A stretch of DNA of 62,884 nucleotides, counting the filler, from Octopus bimaculoides (Eukaryota): NCBI RefSeq assembly GCF_001194135.2. It is 7 parts of 7 records of this genome, joined end to end, with 100 filler letters (N's around TTAATTAATTAA, not from the genome) between each part and the next. Parts side by side here need not be neighbours in the genome. Positions count along the whole stretch, not along the records: positions 51,327 to 62,884 come from NC_069001.1; 6 more parts are not named here. One strand, written 5' to 3'. The position numbers and the translations under genes were made by a program. Below, in pieces: positions 58,414 through 62,884 of this stretch. The number at the start of each line of letters is the position of its first letter. Positions within the stretch are counted from its first letter, which is position 1. The notes under the pieces are model-generated. The model saw only the letters and a list, made by a program, of their open reading frames with translations, did no database searches and was not told the DNA's origin.

Positions 58414-58661
58414 TATATATGTATATATTTGTATATATGTATATGTATTATGTATGTATGTGTGTATGTGTGTGTGTTTGTCTCTCCAGCATCACTTGAC
58501 AACCGATGCTGGTGTGCTTACGTCCCTGTAACATAGCAGTTCGACTGATAGTATAAGTACTAGGCTTACAAACAATAAGCCGTAGGGTCGATTTGCTCTA
58601 CCAATGGCGTTGCTCCAGCATGGCCGCAGTCAAATGACTGAAACAAATAAAAGAATAAAAG
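58212..58661 (+). mobile_element. Full-length SINE family A (diverged)
   Basis: Head, internal (CA)n/(TA)n tract and tail are all present. Confidence 0.9.
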
Positions 58662-59525
58662 AATATACATGTATGCACATACACATATACACATACGCGT
58701 ACATCCACACACATGCCTATAGTCACAAATAAACACATACACACATACATACATACATACATACATACATACACACGTAGAAATGACACACATATGCATG
58801 CACATACACACATACATTTACACACATGCACACTACACCATGCCCTAACCCCAACCTCGCTCATAAACAACCTCAACAAGGTAATGTCGGAATTATATAA
58901 GACGATAACGAGGCCTTGCTTGCTCCCGTCAGTGTCAACTTGACGCCCATATCAGCGCCTCCCGCTGCTCTAGGACCGCACTTTGGCAACAAAACTGAAA
59001 ATAACAGCAGGCTTGTCAATGGTTCTTTTTCAACGTTTACTAAGAGCTGAGCCACGAATATTTCTGACGACATATGTATGTATCTATGAAACCCTGGTCT
59101 CATCGACTCCCAAACAGACGACAAATCAGCCAGCAGACTGTACGACCAAGCAACCGAGCAACCCTCTCCAACGTCTGCTTTTATGTCTTCTTCTTCTTCT
59201 TCTTCTTCTTCTTCTTCTTCTTCTTCTTCTTCTTCTTCTTCTTCTTCTTCTTCTTCTTCTTCTTCCCCTCCTCCTCCTTTCTTCTTCTTCTTCTTCTTCT
59301 TCTTCTTCTTCTTCTTCTTCCCCTCCTCCTCCTTTCTTCTTCTTCTTCTTCTTTTTCTTCTTCCCTCTCCTCCTCCTTTCTTCTTCTTCACTTTTTGATA
59401 TTGTCTTGATTATCTTGGGCCCTTGTGACCAATAATTAGTATTATTACACCAATAATTAGTATGCTGCTGCTGCTGCCGTTGTTTCTGATATTTTTTGCC
59501 ATCATTATCATCATCATCATCGTCG

Positions 59526-59560
<35 letters not shown>

Positions 59561-59814
59561 GTTGAAAGTTGAAAAACCATTACACATATTTCAGGCGCAA
59601 AGGCCCATCTTCTTAAAGGTTCGGTCAGAAAAACGTGTCCCCCCATCCACCCCCTAGGATAAAACTCATAGTAAATTGTGATATGGCTATTGTTCACAAT
59701 ATGTGCAACCTGTGGACTGGTGTTCCTTTCAGATGGAGGATTGAAATGGCATGTCGAAAGAGTCCATACTATGGCACCTGTTTCTTCTACCAACCAGCAC
59801 AGTTGTGCATTACT

Positions 59815-59956
59815 CTTTTACTCTCTTACTTGTTTCAGTCGTTTGACTGCGGCCGTGCTGGAGCACCGCCTTTAGTCGAGAAAATTGACCCCAGGACTTA
59901 TTCTTTGTAAGCCTAGTACTTATTCTATCGGTCACTTTTTGCCGAATCGCTAAGTT
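59815..59956 (-). mobile_element. SINE family A, 3' part
   Basis: Reverse complement of the family tail, cut by a gap. Confidence 0.88.
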
Positions 59957-62038
59957 NNNNNNNNNNNNNNNNNNNNNNNNNNNNNNNNNNNNNNNNNNNN
60001 NNNNNNNNNNNNNNNNNNNNNNNNNNNNNNNNNNNNNNNNNNNNNNNNNNNNNNNNNNNNNNNNNNNNNNNNNNNNNNNNNNNNNNNNNNNNNNNNNNNN
60101 NNNNNNNNNNNNNNNNNNNNNNNNNNNNNNNNNNNNNNNNNNNNNNNNNNNNNNNNNNNNNNNNNNNNNNNNNNNNNNNNNNNNNNNNNNNNNNNNNNNN
60201 NNNNNNNNNNNNNNNNNNNNNNNNNNNNNNNNNNNNNNNNNNNNNNNNNNNNNNNNNNNNNNNNNNNNNNNNNNNNNNNNNNNNNNNNNNNNNNNNNNNN
60301 NNNNNNNNNNNNNNNNNNNNNNNNNNNNNNNNNNNNNNNNNNNNNNNNNNNNNNNNNNNNNNNNNNNNNNNNNNNNNNNNNNNNNNNNNNNNNNNNNNNN
60401 NNNNNNNNNNNNNNNNNNNNNNNNNNNNNNNNNNNNNNNNNNNNNNNNNNNNNNNNNNNNNNNNNNNNNNNNNNNNNNNNNNNNNNNNNNNNNNNNNNNN
60501 NNNNNNNNNNNNNNNNNNNNNNNNNNNNNNNNNNNNNNNNNNNNNNNNNNNNNNNNNNNNNNNNNNNNNNNNNNNNNNNNNNNNNNNNNNNNNNNNNNNN
60601 NNNNNNNNNNNNNNNNNNNNNNNNNNNNNNNNNNNNNNNNNNNNNNNNNNNNNNNNNNNNNNNNNNNNNNNNNNNNNNNNNNNNNNNNNNNNNNNNNNNN
60701 NNNNNNNNNNNNNNNNNNNNNNNNNNNNNNNNNNNNNNNNNNNNNNNNNNNNNNNNNNNNNNNNNNNNNNNNNNNNNNNNNNNNNNNNNNNNNNNNNNNN
60801 NNNNNNNNNNNNNNNNNNNNNNNNNNNNNNNNNNNNNNNNNNNNNNNNNNNNNNNNNNNNNNNNNNNNNNNNNNNNNNNNNNNNNNNNNNNNNNNNNNNN
60901 NNNNNNNNNNNNNNNNNNNNNATATATGTGTGTGTGTGTGTGTCTGTGTGTGTGTGTGTGTGTGTGTGTTATAATTTAGAACAAACAGTCAGTTGTCATT
61001 ATAGTACTTGGTATTTTCTTTTATTAATCCAGAAAGAATAAAAGACTGAGGCGACCGCTGCAGGACAGGGTTATAAAAGGGAGAGCGTAACTAAAACATA
61101 CTTAATCTGGTGCTCTGCCAGTCTGCCATAACAGAAATAAGTTTAGGTGGTACGAGGTGAATGTTAACTATAGCGTCGTCGACATGAATGTTATATTTAT
61201 TTATTTTAGATTCTAGATTTGCGCTACTGCTGTAGTATTCTCTGTGTTGATGTAGGATGAGTCTTTTTATAGTCCTCATAATTGACATCATCGACCTCCT
61301 CATCCTACTCTTACTCTTCCTCCTCGTCGACATCATCATCATCATCATCAACATCCTCAAGATCATCATAATCATCACCATCATCATTGCCGCCATCGCC
61401 ACCGTCATCACAAACACGATCATCATGACCATCGTCGTCATCGTCGTCATCATCATCATCATCATCATCATCATCAGTAGCAGCAGCAGTGGCATAAGCA
61501 GCAGCATCGCTGTCACCACAACAGCCTTCATCACATCTTTTCTCAAATGTTTTTTTTTTTCTATTTTTTTTATACTTATTTTTTTTATTTAATAATCAAC
61601 GTTTTCCCTAACTTTTCCATTACTTCTGTAATTTCCTTCTTTCTTCATTTCTTTAAAATATATTCGAAGAGAAAACCTTCAACGAACCAAAAGGAAAGAA
61701 AGAATTTGCCAAGAGAGAAAATTATTCTTATAAGTAATAGCGAGAACGAAACAAAATCTCTTTCTCAGCGCCAATCCCTTTCCGTTTCGCACCATTTTCT
61801 TCATACAACTTGTCACGAGAAACAATAGGTACCGCCACAGAAATCATTTGCCCGCAGGAATTCAAAGAGTTTTAGTTTGGCAGCTTCTATCATTCCATTC
61901 CTCTGCCGCATTTTTCCATTTCAACTTTTTCGCATTGCCAAAATTCTCTACTGCGATTACGTACATGCGCACACACGCTTCCCTTTCTTTCCTTCCTTCC
62001 TTCTTTCTTTCTTTCGTTCATTCATTTTTTCTTTATTC

Positions 62039-62069
<31 letters not shown>

Positions 62070-62114
62070 TTTTTGTTTCCTTCCTTCTTTATTCCTTCCT
62101 GCCTCTCCTTTCTC

Positions 62115-62160
<46 letters not shown>

Positions 62161-62380
62161 GTTTTTCCTATCTTTCGTTCGTTCTTTCTCACTTTTCCCT
62201 TCTGATTCAATCTCTCTCTCTCTCTCTATCTATCTGTATCTCCCCCTCTCTCTTCCCCCCTCTCTCTTCCCCCCTCTCTCTTCCCCTCCCCCTCTCTCTC
62301 TCTCGCACTCTCTTACCCTGTATCTCCCTCTGTTTCGCACTCTTTCTCTATCTTTCTCTATCTTTCTCTATCTTTCTCTC

Positions 62381-62427
<47 letters not shown>

Positions 62428-62620
62428 TTCTATCTCACTTTCTGCCTGACAACTTATCTGTTTATGTCTCTCTTTCCCTCTCTTTCTCTCCCTCTTTCAG
62501 TCTATGCCTGCTTATCTGTTTCTCTCTGTCTCTGTCTCTCTCTGTCTCTCACTCCCTCCCTCGCACTGTCTGCCACTGTCTCTGCCTTTCTCTCTTTGTC
62601 AGGCTTTCTCTCTTTCTCTC

Positions 62621-62673
<53 letters not shown>

Positions 62674-62884
62674 CTCTTTCTATATTCCAACATTTCCGAT
62701 AAAATTAGATATCATGACAATTCTAAATATACCGATCAATCAACTATTTGCTGGTTCGATTTGAACTCGAAATCTTTAACTCATCTTTTTAAAATTTTCA
62801 CTTTATAATACTTATTATTTTTGAAGCTAAATCATGTCATCTTTTTTGTTCTGACATTTTAAGAATTCTTATGATTTTGATAGT

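Larger units (their letters stand above)
48040..62700. repeat. Further microsatellite-dominated region: (TA)n, (CA)n, (CTT)n, (CAT)n, (CT)n, (CTTT)n, interleaved with SINEs and gaps
   Basis: Directly visible. Confidence 0.95.

Noticed and set aside
58900-59185. Frame rich in N-glycosylation sequons, like a receptor ectodomain
   Set aside because: It is interrupted by stops, has no splice signals or transmembrane region, and runs into (CTT)n.

Overview
This is AT-rich, gap-ridden animal genomic DNA. The SINE families, very dense (TA)n/(CA)n/(GA)n microsatellites and intron style point to an octopus draft assembly; that is inference, not a database result. Host genes supported by the sequence: (i) one internal exon of a UNC-45 myosin chaperone gene (624-739); (ii) a four-coding-exon secreted Cys-rich protein gene (15724-22089) with a signal peptide, an IGFBP/FPI-1-like 8-Cys module and two thyroglobulin type-1 domains; (iii) two sequence-identical U2 snRNA genes (about 9196 and 11298) with non-canonical Sm-site, stem IIb and loop IV positions, plus the remnant flank of a third copy. 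The rest is mobile DNA: a decayed Ty3/Gypsy element with a 3' LTR and PPT, a second Gypsy integrase fragment, an L1/Tx1 3' end, two GG-terminal MITEs with perfect 8-bp TSDs, a hAT end, TAA-microsatellite-embedded retroposons and several tRNA-derived SINE families. Microsatellite fields dominate after about 34 kb. Six N44-TTAATTAATTAA-N44 blocks are artificial scaffold joins, so linkage across them is uncertain. Most ORFs in the supplied track are microsatellite or N-gap artefacts.
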